DNA of 64,000 nucleotides, from positions 1,888,001 through 1,952,000 of the forward strand of contig OZ255726.1 in NCBI GenBank assembly GCA_965277405.1. Reading direction: 5' to 3'. Below, piece by piece: positions 19,493 through 30,014 of the stretch; the first letter of the stretch is position 1, and each line of letters begins with the position of its first letter. Source of the DNA: Gammaproteobacteria bacterium (GTDB taxonomy: Bacteria > Pseudomonadota > Gammaproteobacteria > G965277405). Made by a program: the position numbers and the translations under genes. Under the pieces are notes generated by a model. It had not been told where the DNA came from. It worked only from the letters and a program-made list of their open reading frames with translations, and ran no database searches.

Positions 19493-20983
19493 ATGGAACT
19501 ACCAACTGGGCTACATCAATTAGAAAAATACACCGCAGACCTTAATATACTCGGCTTTTTGCACGGATTGTATATCAATGGTAGCTATTGCCAAGGCGGG
19601 GGGGAAGCCATCCAAACGCTGTATCCGGCGACGAATGCGCTGCTTACAAGTATTAACAGTGCTAGTAAACAAGATACAGAAGCAGCAATTGCAGCTGCAG
19701 CAGCAGCATTTGCTGAGTGGAAGCAGACACCAGCTGCTGTCCGTGGTCGAATTTTACGCAATGCTGCAGAAATTTTACGCAGCAAAAATGAGGCTCTCGC
19801 CCATCTAGAAACCCTTGATACTGGCAAGCCAATTGCTGAATCGCTCGTCGTCGATGTTGCCTCTGCAGCAGATTGCTTGGAATTTTTTGGAGGAATTGCA
19901 GCGAGCATTCACGGTGAATATATAGATCTTGGAACAGCGTTTGGCTATACCCGTCGTGAACCATTAGGTGTGTGCGCAGCAATTGGTGCTTGGAATTACC
20001 CGCTGCAAATAGCAGCATGGAAAGCCGCACCTGCATTGGCATGCGGCAATACGATGGTGTATAAGCCGTCAGAACTCACTCCATTGACTGCTCTGCAGCT
20101 CGCCAGTGTGTTGAGTGAGGCAGGGCTGCCAGATGGAGTATTTAACGTTATTTGTGGTTTTGGAGGAGTCGGTCAGCTGCTCGCGAGTCATCAGAACATT
20201 GCTAAAGTATCGTTGACAGGGTCGGTGGCGACAGGGATACAAGTCATGCAAGCTGCTGCAGCAACATTGAAGCCGGTGACGCTCGAGCTTGGCGGCAAAT
20301 CACCAATTATCGTGTTTGCAGATGCAGATATAGAAAATGCAGTAAAGGCATGTTTGAATGCAAATTTTTATACTCAAGGGGAAATATGCTCAAATGGCAC
20401 GCGTGTTTTTGTTGAAAATAGCATTGCGACAGCGTTCATCGCCACTTTAGCCGAACGGGCTCAACAGTTGCGGATTGGTGACCCGCTTGACCCGCATACC
20501 CAAATTGGTGCGCAAATATCTGCTGCGCATTGTCAGAAAGTCATCGATGCGATCGAGCAAGGAAAAAGAGAAGGGGCAAAATTAGTATGCGGTGGCAGCC
20601 GAGTTGGCGAGACGTTTGTATCCCCAACAATTTTTATCGCGCAAGATCATCATGCAATAGCACAACAAGAAATATTCGGTCCAGTGATGAGTATTCTGGC
20701 TTTTGCTAGCGAAGCTGAGGTTATCAGCCGCGCCAACGCAACTGAATTTGGACTAGCTGCTGGCGTATTTACTCAAGATATAAAGCGTGGACACCGTGTG
20801 GTTGCAGCATTAGACGCAGGCACATGTTGGATCAATAACTACAATATTACCCCAATAGAATTGCCGTTTGGCGGGGTCAAGCTATCAGGAATTGGTAGGG
20901 AAAATTCGCTCGCTGCAATCGAACATTATACAACTCGAAAGTCTGTATATGTTGAAATGGGTGATGTTGCCAGCGATTATTAA
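19493..20983 (+). CDS. betB: Betaine-aldehyde dehydrogenase
   Basis: ETLDTGKP, GAWNYPLQIA.WK.APALA.GN, LELGGKSP, TQGEICSNGTRV, EIFGPVM, C-terminal KSVYVEMG. Confidence 0.9.
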   Translation: MELPTGLHQLEKYTADLNILGFLHGLYINGSYCQGGGEAIQTLYPATNALLTSINSASKQDTEAAIAAAAAAFAEWKQTPAAVRGRILRNAAEILRSKNEALAHLETLDTGKPIAESLVVDVASAADCLEFFGGIAASIHGEYIDLGTAFGYTRREPLGVCAAIGAWNYPLQIAAWKAAPALACGNTMVYKPSELTPLTALQLASVLSEAGLPDGVFNVICGFGGVGQLLASHQNIAKVSLTGSVATGIQVMQAAAATLKPVTLELGGKSPIIVFADADIENAVKACLNANFYTQGEICSNGTRVFVENSIATAFIATLAERAQQLRIGDPLDPHTQIGAQISAAHCQKVIDAIEQGKREGAKLVCGGSRVGETFVSPTIFIAQDHHAIAQQEIFGPVMSILAFASEAEVISRANATEFGLAAGVFTQDIKRGHRVVAALDAGTCWINNYNITPIELPFGGVKLSGIGRENSLAAIEHYTTRKSVYVEMGDVASDY

Positions 20984-20988
20984 TTGCT

Positions 20989-22872
20989 ATGTTGCTGGCA
21001 TTGTATATTAGGGAAGTACTAACGTATCTGTTGCGCTGGGCGCTGTGTCTGGCGGTGCTGGTGATGGTTTGTTTGCTGTTTAGGCTAGCTGCAGCTGTAT
21101 GGCTATACCCACATCCACTCCCAACTGCTGAAATGGTGTCAGCGCTTATGTTTGGTTTGCGTTTTGATCTGGCGGTTGCTGCATTTTTGTCGTTAGCGCT
21201 TATACCATTTATTTATACGCAACGCTTTCATGGCGTGTGTTTTGTGTTGTTGTCATTGTGTGTGTTGGGGATAATTGCGGTATTCGTTGGAGATATTGCG
21301 TATTTTCAAGATACAGGAAAGCACGTTACCTATGAAGCACAGCATCTCATGCAAAGTGTGTACCCACTGTTGCAAACGCTGCTTTTCCAACACACGGCTG
21401 TGTTTGGTATAGGTGTAGCAATAGCTGGAGTTGTGTGGTTGGCGTTGTATTGCTTATACCGTTACCGAGCGCAGTTAGCATGGAGACATCAACCCAGCGT
21501 ACTGGCAATATCGTCATCTTTGCTAGTGTTGGTTTGCTGCGTGGTAGTGCTGGTAAGGGGTGGATTCATCAACATAGCATTGAAGTCCAACTATGTGTAT
21601 TATGCAGGGAATGTACATCACGTAAATGTAGCCACAAACCCAGTCTACCAACAGATATTCCGTATTATGGAAAGGCTGGTAAAACCTGATGCTGTCGATA
21701 TTCATGTTGGGTATGCAGGTGATGCGTATACAGAGGTTATGAATATATTGCCTGTGCCACAACGCCACGATGCGCTGCCATCTTGGCCACGAGCCAATAT
21801 CATTGTAGTCTTGTTAGAAAGTTGGCATATACGGGTTATTTCTCAGCGGGTGACGCCAAATTTCTTAGCCATTAAGGGCATCCGTGTGCAACGCATGGTC
21901 ACGGACGCTACCCGCACAACAGAAGGGTTATTTTCGACGTTTTGTTCGTATGCAAATCCGCTTGGTAGTAGTATTACGGCTGGCGATTTAATGTTCTATG
22001 ACTATAACTGCCTGCCATCAATCTTGCGCAACTCTGGCTATTCAAGTGCGTTTATTCAGGGCACACATCGTGATACCAGCGCAGTAGGAGCGGTCAGCAG
22101 TAAGCTCGGATTTTCTCATAGTTATGGTCGAGAAGAGATCCATACCCGCAAATACCCACTGCACGCTTGGGGGTTATACGATCAAGATATTTATAATTTT
22201 GCTATCAAAACAATCAGCCGCTTGGCTGAGCCATTTATTATTGGCATTAATACTAATACAACGCACAATGATGAACTGCTACCACAGCATACACCACTTA
22301 TAAATGCCACACGCGAGCAACAGGTATTTCATTTTGCCGATATCGCTTTAGGAGATTTCTTACGCGATCTCAAAAAATTGGTGCTGCAACGCCCAATGGT
22401 CTTGGTATTTGTTGCAGATCATACCAAAAGCGGCGGCAGTTTGAGTGAGCGGTTTTCCATACCAGTGGTGATTGCATTGCCAGATCATACTAGTACAACA
22501 TTGCCATTAATTGCCCATCAGCGCGATATTGCCGCGACGTTGTTAGATATACTTGGATTACCAGCAGAGCGTTCGTTTACTGGAGTTTCCTTGTTTAATC
22601 CTCAGCATCATTATAGCAATATATACGCTGATGGCGCGCTAGGCTGGAGTAGCCAGAATTTTGCGATAACCAGCAATGTATTTAATGGTGCTGAGGATTG
22701 TTATACGCAGGCATGGTTGGCACAGATACCGTGTGCCCCACCACACGCTGTATTACGCCAGCAAGCAACTGCATTCGTTGCGTATACCCAAGGATTGCTG
22801 TACACAGGGAATACTAAACTCTTTGGCGATCCAATTACTCGCAACCATTACCATGATTTTTATCGTCAATGA
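20989..22872 (+). CDS. LTA synthase family / sulfatase-like protein (second paralog)
   Basis: GLRFDL, TM region, NIIVVLLESW, RTTEGL, WGLYDQD, FVADHT, QRDIAATLL. Confidence 0.82.
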   Translation: MLLALYIREVLTYLLRWALCLAVLVMVCLLFRLAAAVWLYPHPLPTAEMVSALMFGLRFDLAVAAFLSLALIPFIYTQRFHGVCFVLLSLCVLGIIAVFVGDIAYFQDTGKHVTYEAQHLMQSVYPLLQTLLFQHTAVFGIGVAIAGVVWLALYCLYRYRAQLAWRHQPSVLAISSSLLVLVCCVVVLVRGGFINIALKSNYVYYAGNVHHVNVATNPVYQQIFRIMERLVKPDAVDIHVGYAGDAYTEVMNILPVPQRHDALPSWPRANIIVVLLESWHIRVISQRVTPNFLAIKGIRVQRMVTDATRTTEGLFSTFCSYANPLGSSITAGDLMFYDYNCLPSILRNSGYSSAFIQGTHRDTSAVGAVSSKLGFSHSYGREEIHTRKYPLHAWGLYDQDIYNFAIKTISRLAEPFIIGINTNTTHNDELLPQHTPLINATREQQVFHFADIALGDFLRDLKKLVLQRPMVLVFVADHTKSGGSLSERFSIPVVIALPDHTSTTLPLIAHQRDIAATLLDILGLPAERSFTGVSLFNPQHHYSNIYADGALGWSSQNFAITSNVFNGAEDCYTQAWLAQIPCAPPHAVLRQQATAFVAYTQGLLYTGNTKLFGDPITRNHYHDFYRQ

Positions 22873-22876
22873 ACAT

Positions 22877-23761
22877 TCAATATTTCATGGTATAAAACCA
22901 AGCGGTGGACAGCAGTAGTATTGGCAATACAACATGGAACGGCTGCGCCCATGGCGCTACATTGGCAACAGTCATACTGAATCCAATAAGTGCTGTAGCA
23001 CCAATAAGCAACAGTAAATAACCCATACAGCGCTGTGCATGGGTGTCCGCTGCCTTTCTTGCTGTATGCAATGACCATACAATCATCAGCCCGAGTATGA
23101 CCGCCATGGTTTTATGCACGATAAATAACGTGCCGAGTGATTTTGTACTTGCAGGGATGCGTAGCATTTGCGATATTTGTACGGCTTCATGTGCAGCACG
23201 AATTTGTGCACCGAGTAACAGTTGCAGGGTTAGCCCACCGCATATCCAAAACAAGTAGTTGCGCATGCGCTGCGAGATTTGCCAAGGCTGTATTCTGCGG
23301 ATACACCAAGTCAGATTGATGGTAATTGCAGCCGCACCCAACAAATGGCTGGTTATAACCAGCGGGTGTAATTTAGTATATACAAGCGCAGCTCCGAGCC
23401 AGCCGACGCAGCCGACTAATACCAGATTCACCAACGCATGGAGTATTGCAAATTTTTGGCGTTCAAGTATGCATGCAAGCAACAACAGCACGCTGCATAA
23501 CCCCACGAAAGAGCCGAAGAGCCTGTTGCTATATTCAGTCCACGTGTGGATAACGTTAAAATAAAAGTCAGGGAGCAGTAGATATGCTGGTGGAACTTCA
23601 TCAATGCTCGTCGGCGGAATCAATAAACCAAAGCACGTCGGCCAGTCTGGGCAGCCCATCCCCGCCCCTGTAGCGCGGACAGCTGCGCCGATAAAAATCA
23701 GCATATATACTGCACCAAGCGTAGTGTACAATATCAGCTTGGTTGGGGTTGATAATTGCAT
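22877..23761 (-). CDS. ctaA: Heme A synthase (COX15/CtaA family)
   Basis: GAAVRATGAGMGCPDWPTCFG, WTEYSNR, conserved His in TM helices. Confidence 0.85.
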   Translation of the reverse strand: MQLSTPTKLILYTTLGAVYMLIFIGAAVRATGAGMGCPDWPTCFGLLIPPTSIDEVPPAYLLLPDFYFNVIHTWTEYSNRLFGSFVGLCSVLLLLACILERQKFAILHALVNLVLVGCVGWLGAALVYTKLHPLVITSHLLGAAAITINLTWCIRRIQPWQISQRMRNYLFWICGGLTLQLLLGAQIRAAHEAVQISQMLRIPASTKSLGTLFIVHKTMAVILGLMIVWSLHTARKAADTHAQRCMGYLLLLIGATALIGFSMTVANVAPWAQPFHVVLPILLLSTAWFYTMKY

Positions 23762-24140
23762 GGCATTATGGGTTAGGAAATATGCATGGTGCTGGGAATA
23801 CAATATTTAGGGTCTGTCCTAAATTTTGGGTAAGTTCTCGCAGCACTTTTGTGTTTGGATAGGTAGCATCAATAGCATCAGCAAAGTCGTTGCGGTCATC
23901 CACACAGGCAATTAGCATAGCCGTGCAACCCCGATGTTACTGTTGCGAATGTTTCGCCTGAACGAGGCTCATTATAGGCATTTCACTCAATCAGGGATAC
24001 AGCGTACAATGTTACGTGGGTTCAGTTATTGCAGCGGATACAATCGCATTATCCTGCATTATTGTAAAAATTGGCAATGCTTGCCCCATTATGGCGCTGG
24101 CAACATTGCTGCGTTATAACCAAATTCTGAGCTGCCTTAG

Positions 24141-24427
24141 GGAAGCTCTAATTAAGTCGCTGATGGGGCGAGGTTGCCTGCAATTGCTGATGATTGCAAG
24201 GCGCAAACCGCTAAGCGCATGCCGTAGCATATACGCCAAGGGATGCAACACAGCAAGCGCAGCAATGGCAGCAAACCCAAAGTATATTCAACAGAAGGCT
24301 GGGAAAAAACGCTGCGCTAACGTCGTTGCAGCACTTGATAATACCACCAGTATTATCAAGTGCTGCGTATAGTTATCATCAGCGTTTTTTCTCCGTCTCG
24401 CCCATCATGGACTTAATCAGAGCTTCC
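24141..24427 (+). mobile_element. Full-length MITE copy (287 bp) with TTAG target-site duplication
   Basis: TTAG|GGAAGCTCTAATTAAGTC...GACTTAATCAGAGCTTCC|TTAG; imperfect TIR extends to ~30 bp (TGATGGG.CGAG); no transposase. Confidence 0.92.
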
Positions 24428-25189
24428 TTAGGACTTAGTAAAAAACGAAATAAGTTCAGCAGCAGGTGTATATCCGGCAATCACTTGATTGGTTGATAGA
24501 ATTAGCAGTGGTGTTCCGCGCACTCCAATTTTTTGTCCAAGGGCATATTGTTCTGCAACAGGGTTATCGCATTGGCGCATTGTTATAATTTTTCCTTGTT
24601 TGGCTGCGGTCATAGCAGTTTGCCGGTCAGGCGCACACCATACGTTCACCATCTTTTGATACGATGGTGTATTAAGACCAGACCGTGGATATGCAAGATA
24701 GCGCACACGAATACCTGCATTCAGGAGTTTGCCAACTTCTTGGTGCAGACGGCGGCAAAAGCCACAGTCAACATCTGTAAACACAAATATCTCGCCGATT
24801 GGTTTACCTTTTGGGTTGAAGTTGACAGTTTGGCTGTCATCGATGGCAGTAACTGTTTGGACTTTGAGTATGTTGCGCTGTTGCGCACTTGTATTTGCTA
24901 ATTGGTTGTGTTCGTTGACCGCGTATAAATCGCCAATTACAAAACTATCTACTGCTGGGTTGCTAAACAACTCAGTCCCATCTTTTAATACAATCACATA
25001 CAGTTGCAGTTGCGCATTAAATCTGACGATGTCGACTTGACTACCAATGACCGCAGTTGCGCGTGCTGTTACCCCTGCTATGTCTGGCGCGATGCTCTCA
25101 TCTGCTGCCAGTAACGATAGCGACAAACATAGCAGCACCAGCACACACAACTGGCGCGTTATCCGCATCAAGCCAAGCAGGGTAGCCAT
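24428..25189 (-). CDS. dsbC: Thiol:disulfide isomerase DsbC
   Basis: Signal peptide, VFTDVDCGFCRRLH, RYLAYPR, VWCA, GVRGTP. Confidence 0.9.
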   Translation of the reverse strand: MATLLGLMRITRQLCVLVLLCLSLSLLAADESIAPDIAGVTARATAVIGSQVDIVRFNAQLQLYVIVLKDGTELFSNPAVDSFVIGDLYAVNEHNQLANTSAQQRNILKVQTVTAIDDSQTVNFNPKGKPIGEIFVFTDVDCGFCRRLHQEVGKLLNAGIRVRYLAYPRSGLNTPSYQKMVNVWCAPDRQTAMTAAKQGKIITMRQCDNPVAEQYALGQKIGVRGTPLLILSTNQVIAGYTPAAELISFFTKS

Positions 25190-25552
25190 TTACTTTTTGT
25201 TGGTAATTTTCTCTTTAATACGCGCTGCTTTACCTGAAAGTTGGCGCATGTAATAAATTTTCGCTTGGCGGACATCACCGCGACGTTTACAGATAATGTC
25301 TTTAATTTGCCTACTATGCAGTTGAAATGTTCGCTCAACACCAACACCGCTTGAAATTTTACGGACGATAAAAGAAGAGTTCAATCCTCTATTTCTTCTC
25401 GCAATAACCACGCCTTCATACGCTTGAGTTCGCTCTTTTTCGCCTTCTTGAACGCGGACATTAACAATGACGGTGTCGCCTACAGAAAATTCTGGGATAT
25501 CCTGGCGCAATTGCTGTTTTTCAATTTCTTGAACGAGTGGGTGTGATTGCAT
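25190..25552 (-). CDS. rplS: 50S ribosomal protein L19
   Basis: [47 protein letters not shown]. Confidence 0.97.
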   Translation of the reverse strand: MQSHPLVQEIEKQQLRQDIPEFSVGDTVIVNVRVQEGEKERTQAYEGVVIARRNRGLNSSFIVRKISSGVGVERTFQLHSRQIKDIICKRRGDVRQAKIYYMRQLSGKAARIKEKITNKK

Positions 25553-25588
25553 TGATGTTCTCTATGTGATTATGATAAAAAATATTGA

Positions 25589-26266
25589 CTATAGCAAATC
25601 GGGGCGTAAATGGAATGTCCGTTGCAGTGATTGTTGTAATCTCCATTTTTCAATCGCTTGGTGGTCACCACTCAATAGCACTGCAGGCACCTGCAGACCA
25701 GCAAATGTTGGCGGTCGAGTGTATTGTGGGTATTCTAATGTATCGTTGGCAAATGATTCATCTTTTGATGAGGCTGCGCTGATGGCGTTGGGTAGTAAGC
25801 GGATTATCCCATCAATCATCACCATAGCCGCCAGTTCGCCACCGCTAATCACATAGTCGCCGAGAGAAACAATATCAGCGTCGAGTAATTTCTCAACACG
25901 GGCATCGATTCCTTCATAACGCCCACAAATCATAGTAAGATTGTCGTATTGCGTATATTGCTTGAGTATAGCTTGGCACAAAGGCCTGCCATGCGGGGCA
26001 AAGATAATTGTTTTATTGGTTGAGCTGTGCTGATGTTGTTGTGTAGCTGCCTTACATGCAGCGATGATAGGCTCACACGCCAGCACCATTCCAGCACCGC
26101 CACCGTAGGGCTTATCATCAACCCTGCCAGTCGCATTGGAGGCATAGTCCCGCAGCTGCCATGGAGTAATCGAGCAAATTTGTCTGTCAAATGCCCGACC
26201 AATGATGGTCTGGTCGCGAATTGCCGCAAACATTTGCGGGAACAAGGTGATGACATCAAAATGCAT
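25589..26266 (-). CDS. trmD: tRNA (guanine37-N1)-methyltransferase
   Basis: VDDKPYGGGAGMV, CGRYEGIDAR, SLGDYVISGGE, YPQYTRP, VPAVLLSGDH. Confidence 0.96.
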   Translation of the reverse strand: MHFDVITLFPQMFAAIRDQTIIGRAFDRQICSITPWQLRDYASNATGRVDDKPYGGGAGMVLACEPIIAACKAATQQHQHSSTNKTIIFAPHGRPLCQAILKQYTQYDNLTMICGRYEGIDARVEKLLDADIVSLGDYVISGGELAAMVMIDGIIRLLPNAISAASSKDESFANDTLEYPQYTRPPTFAGLQVPAVLLSGDHQAIEKWRLQQSLQRTFHLRPDLL

Positions 26267-26277
26267 GGCGTCCTTAT

Positions 26278-26468
26278 GGAAGCTCTAATCAAACCAACAA
26301 TACCTGCAAAAGATTGTTTCGCGTAGTTATTTGCAATTGCATCGATTCGTTTAGAAGATGGTAAAATCATACAAACATACCATTGTTGTGGCATTGATAA
26401 GATTGGATCAGTACTTTAATCAGAGGTTCCATTGAATACTGCTGCAGTAACGACTTAAGCAGAGCTTT
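26278..26468. mobile_element. MITE-family TIR-bounded remnant with a different interior, plus an extra right TIR
   Basis: GGAAGCTCTAATCAAA at 26278, TTTAATCAGAGGTTCC ending 26430, and GACTTAAGCAGAGCTTT at 26452-26468; no TSD visible. Confidence 0.6.
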
Positions 26469-26566
26469 ACAATACATTGCACAACATTTGCCGCGCTGAT
26501 TTTCCATGCGGCTATCGTTTGCGTTTTTTTTGTGCACAATTGCAACTCAATTTACAGGATTTTGCT

Positions 26567-27907
26567 ATGACATTTCGCTACTTTGGTACAGATGGAATTC
26601 GCGGACGGGTTGGGCATGCACCAGTCACGCCAGATTTTGTACTAAAACTCGGCTGGGCATTAGGTAAAGTACTGCAAGAACAATATGACTCGGCAACAGT
26701 GCTTATCGGCAAAGATACCCGTGTCTCTGGCTACATGTTTGAGTCGGCGCTGCAAGCGGGGCTATCGGCATCTGGTACGGACATCCTGTTGGTTGGTCCG
26801 CTGACAACGCCTGCTGTTGCCTATCTTACCCGCACATTTAATGCGCAGGCGAGCGTGGTGATTACTGCGTCGCATAATACTTACAAAGACAACGGTTTTA
26901 AAATATTTTCAGCAAATGGCAGAAAACTTTCTGATGTGATGCAACAGCGCATCGAGCATTTTATAGATCTGCCATTACAAACAACCAAAGCCGCAAAACT
27001 CGGACGCGCTGCGCGAATGACAGATGCTCGGGGTCGCTATATTGAGTTTTGCAAGAGTACATTAGACAGCTCAATGGATTTGCACGGTATTCGTTTGGTG
27101 CTTGACTGTGCTAATGGGGCAAGTTATGACATTGCCCCGTCAGTGTTTACCGAACTTGGTGCAGATGTAATTGCGGTAAATATACATCCAGATGGTTTAA
27201 ACATCAACGAACAATGCGGTTCTACCCATCCTGATTCGCTGCAACACCATGTGAAAACCTATCGCGCCGATTATGGCATTGCTTTTGACGGTGACGGCGA
27301 TCGTTCAATTATGGCTGACAGGGACGGCAATATTTATGACGGCGATGACTATTTATACACAATCGCCCGTCACTGGATGAGCGTTGGCAAACTCGATGGT
27401 GCGGTCATTGGCACCATCATGAGTAACCAAGCACTAGAGCAGGCATTCAGGCGACTGTCCGTACCATTCTACCGTGCTAATGTTGGCGATCGTCATGTGC
27501 TTGCCGCCGTAGAACAGCATGGAGCAAACCTCGGCGGCGAGCCCTCTGGTCATGTCATTTGCCCGCAGTTTAATAGTGCTGGCGATGGAATTATTGCCTC
27601 CTTGCAAATGCTCACAAGTTTAAGACAGCTGAATTGGGATACGCCAACCTTGCGCGAACACTACACGCCCTATCCGTCTGAACTTGAAAACATTATTATT
27701 GAACGTGAAATAGTGAAGCGACACAAGGAGGAAATCGCAGCGATTGCCGCACGCGCCAATACCAATCTAGGCGCTGCAGGACGGGTGTTAATTCGACCAT
27801 CAGGTACGGAAAAAAAACTGCGTGTTCTTGTCGAATGTAATGATACTGATACCACATTAGCAACGATAGCCAGCGTGGTGACAGAACTGAACACGTTGTT
27901 GGGATAA
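26567..27907 (+). CDS. glmM: Phosphoglucosamine mutase
   Basis: YFGTDGIRG, GKDTRVSGYMFE, TASHN..DNG.K, AFDGDGDR, GGEPSGH, RPSGTE. Confidence 0.95.
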   Translation: MTFRYFGTDGIRGRVGHAPVTPDFVLKLGWALGKVLQEQYDSATVLIGKDTRVSGYMFESALQAGLSASGTDILLVGPLTTPAVAYLTRTFNAQASVVITASHNTYKDNGFKIFSANGRKLSDVMQQRIEHFIDLPLQTTKAAKLGRAARMTDARGRYIEFCKSTLDSSMDLHGIRLVLDCANGASYDIAPSVFTELGADVIAVNIHPDGLNINEQCGSTHPDSLQHHVKTYRADYGIAFDGDGDRSIMADRDGNIYDGDDYLYTIARHWMSVGKLDGAVIGTIMSNQALEQAFRRLSVPFYRANVGDRHVLAAVEQHGANLGGEPSGHVICPQFNSAGDGIIASLQMLTSLRQLNWDTPTLREHYTPYPSELENIIIEREIVKRHKEEIAAIAARANTNLGAAGRVLIRPSGTEKKLRVLVECNDTDTTLATIASVVTELNTLLG

Positions 27908-27913
27908 TCAAGC

Positions 27914-29248
27914 GTGCCCAGCAATAAAATTGCATTGCTCAACGAGTCATTAGAACGCGGCTCGTTGATGCAGGCGCGGCGCTTGCTCAATACAACGATT
28001 CACCCAGGTGACATCGCTCACTTGCTGGAATCATCACCCCCGCGTGATCGGCGGGTTATTTGGCAATTAATCGATAAAAATAAACAACCAGAAGTACTAC
28101 AAGAGCTGAATGAAGATGTTCGTGAAGAATTAATTGAGGGCATGTCGGTTAAGGAGTTGGTCAACTCCCTTGCCAACATGGATGTTGACGATACTGTCGA
28201 TATTTTACAGCAATTGCCGAATAGGGTCATCAATGATGTCCTCGGGCGTATGGATGAGGAAAATCGCAATCTCATCCAAGATGCACTTTCGTATCCGCAG
28301 GACAGTGCTGGTGGTTTGATGAACACCGACTTTGTGACGATCCGTGATAACGTCACGGTTGAAGTAGTCCTGCGTTTTTTACGGCGAATTGACTTGCCTA
28401 AAGACACTGATGCGATATATGTCATCGATAGCAACTCACGACTCATTGGCATCGTGCTGCTCACAAGTTTGGTCAATTCCATGCCAACGACTGTCGTGCA
28501 GCAGATAATGTCCAACAAATTTACGTTTACAACGCCAGATGTTGACGAAGGGGACATTGCCCATATCTTCACCAATCAAGGGTTGGTTTCATTGCCAGTT
28601 ATCAATGAAAATCATGTGATTATCGGACGAATCACCATTGACGATGTTCTCGATCTTGTCAGAGAGTTAGGTGAAAGCTCAATCGTTGCCGCAGCACCGG
28701 TGTTTGATGATGACGATACCTTCGCACCCATTCGCAAAACAGTTGTGGGACGGACAGCATGGCTTGGAATAAATTTAGTGACAGCCATAGCAGCCGCAAT
28801 GACTATCAGCCTGTTTGAGAATGTTATCTCCAATTTTGTTGCATTAGCAATCCTGATGCCAGTTGTTGCCAGTATGGGCGGTATAGCAGGCTCGCAGACA
28901 ATGACGATTATCGTCCGTGGTCTCGCACTTGGCCAAGTCACAAAAAGCAACGTGAAATACCTGATTAGCCGAGAATTTATCATCGGCGGCATCAATGGGA
29001 TTATCTGGTCAATTATCATAGGACTAGTTGCAGGATTTTGGTTTGACCAAGTCACCCTAGGATTTATTATTGCCATTGCAATTATTGTAAACCTTTTCGT
29101 TGCCTCACTCTGCGGAGTGCTGCTACCATTATTGTTGAAATCGCTGGGCATAGACCCTGCGCTTGCTGGTAATGTTATTTTGACAACCGTGACCGATGTT
29201 GTTGGTTTTTTTTCCTTCCTCGGGCTAGCAACACTTATCTATCTTTAA
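27914..29248 (+). CDS. mgtE: Magnesium transporter MgtE
   Basis: SAGGLM, CBS pair, GRITIDDV, ALAILMPVVASMGGIAGSQT, IDPALAG.VILTTVTDVVGF. Confidence 0.95.
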   Translation: MPSNKIALLNESLERGSLMQARRLLNTTIHPGDIAHLLESSPPRDRRVIWQLIDKNKQPEVLQELNEDVREELIEGMSVKELVNSLANMDVDDTVDILQQLPNRVINDVLGRMDEENRNLIQDALSYPQDSAGGLMNTDFVTIRDNVTVEVVLRFLRRIDLPKDTDAIYVIDSNSRLIGIVLLTSLVNSMPTTVVQQIMSNKFTFTTPDVDEGDIAHIFTNQGLVSLPVINENHVIIGRITIDDVLDLVRELGESSIVAAAPVFDDDDTFAPIRKTVVGRTAWLGINLVTAIAAAMTISLFENVISNFVALAILMPVVASMGGIAGSQTMTIIVRGLALGQVTKSNVKYLISREFIIGGINGIIWSIIIGLVAGFWFDQVTLGFIIAIAIIVNLFVASLCGVLLPLLLKSLGIDPALAGNVILTTVTDVVGFFSFLGLATLIYL

Positions 29249-29249
29249 T

Positions 29250-30014
29250 ATGACAATAGACTATCTGTTAAGTAATGATGACGGCATTCATGCCACAGGA
29301 CTGCGGGTGCTTAGCAAAACTATCCAGATGCTTGGTGAGGTCCGCATTATTGCTCCGCATAAAAATTGCAGCGGTGCCAGCAGCTCGTTAACACTCGACG
29401 CACCACTCCATCCAACCAAACTATATGGTAATCCACGTGCAATTGTTGTCGATGGCAGCCCTGCTGATTGCGTCCACCTTGCAGTCACTGGTTTTTTTGA
29501 TGAGCTGCCAAAACGTGTTATTTCAGGAATCAATCATGGGATAAACATGGGGGATGACGTGCTGTACTCAGGGACGCTTGCCGCAGCAATTGAAGGTCGT
29601 TTTTGTGAATACTCACCGCTTGCTGTTTCGCTTGATGGGACTACCCATTTTGAAACAGCAGCTCGGGTTGTCGCGACGTTGCTGCAATCAGCTGATTTTT
29701 GTGCAATCAACGGCACAATTTTTAATATAAATGTCCCAGATGTGCCGTGGCAGCAACTCAAAGGCATCCGTACCACTGTTTTGGGTAAACGATCATTACC
29801 TAAAAAAAGCTATGTTGTGGCAACGCCACGCAATACGGTATCCCACTGGATAGCAGAATCAGGGGAGCCAATCGACACTGCAGCAACTACTGACTTTACG
29901 GCAATAGCCCAAGGATTCGCATCAATCACACCTATTAGCATTGACATGACAGACACTAGCCGCGTTGCAGTAATGCGCAACGTCATTGATACTCTCATCA
30001 TTGCTCAAGCATGA
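29250..30014 (+). CDS. surE: 5'/3'-nucleotidase SurE
   Basis: LLSNDDGI, SGASSSLT, DGSPADCV, SGINHG.NMGDDVLYSGT.AAA.EG. Confidence 0.95.
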   Translation: MTIDYLLSNDDGIHATGLRVLSKTIQMLGEVRIIAPHKNCSGASSSLTLDAPLHPTKLYGNPRAIVVDGSPADCVHLAVTGFFDELPKRVISGINHGINMGDDVLYSGTLAAAIEGRFCEYSPLAVSLDGTTHFETAARVVATLLQSADFCAINGTIFNINVPDVPWQQLKGIRTTVLGKRSLPKKSYVVATPRNTVSHWIAESGEPIDTAATTDFTAIAQGFASITPISIDMTDTSRVAVMRNVIDTLIIAQA

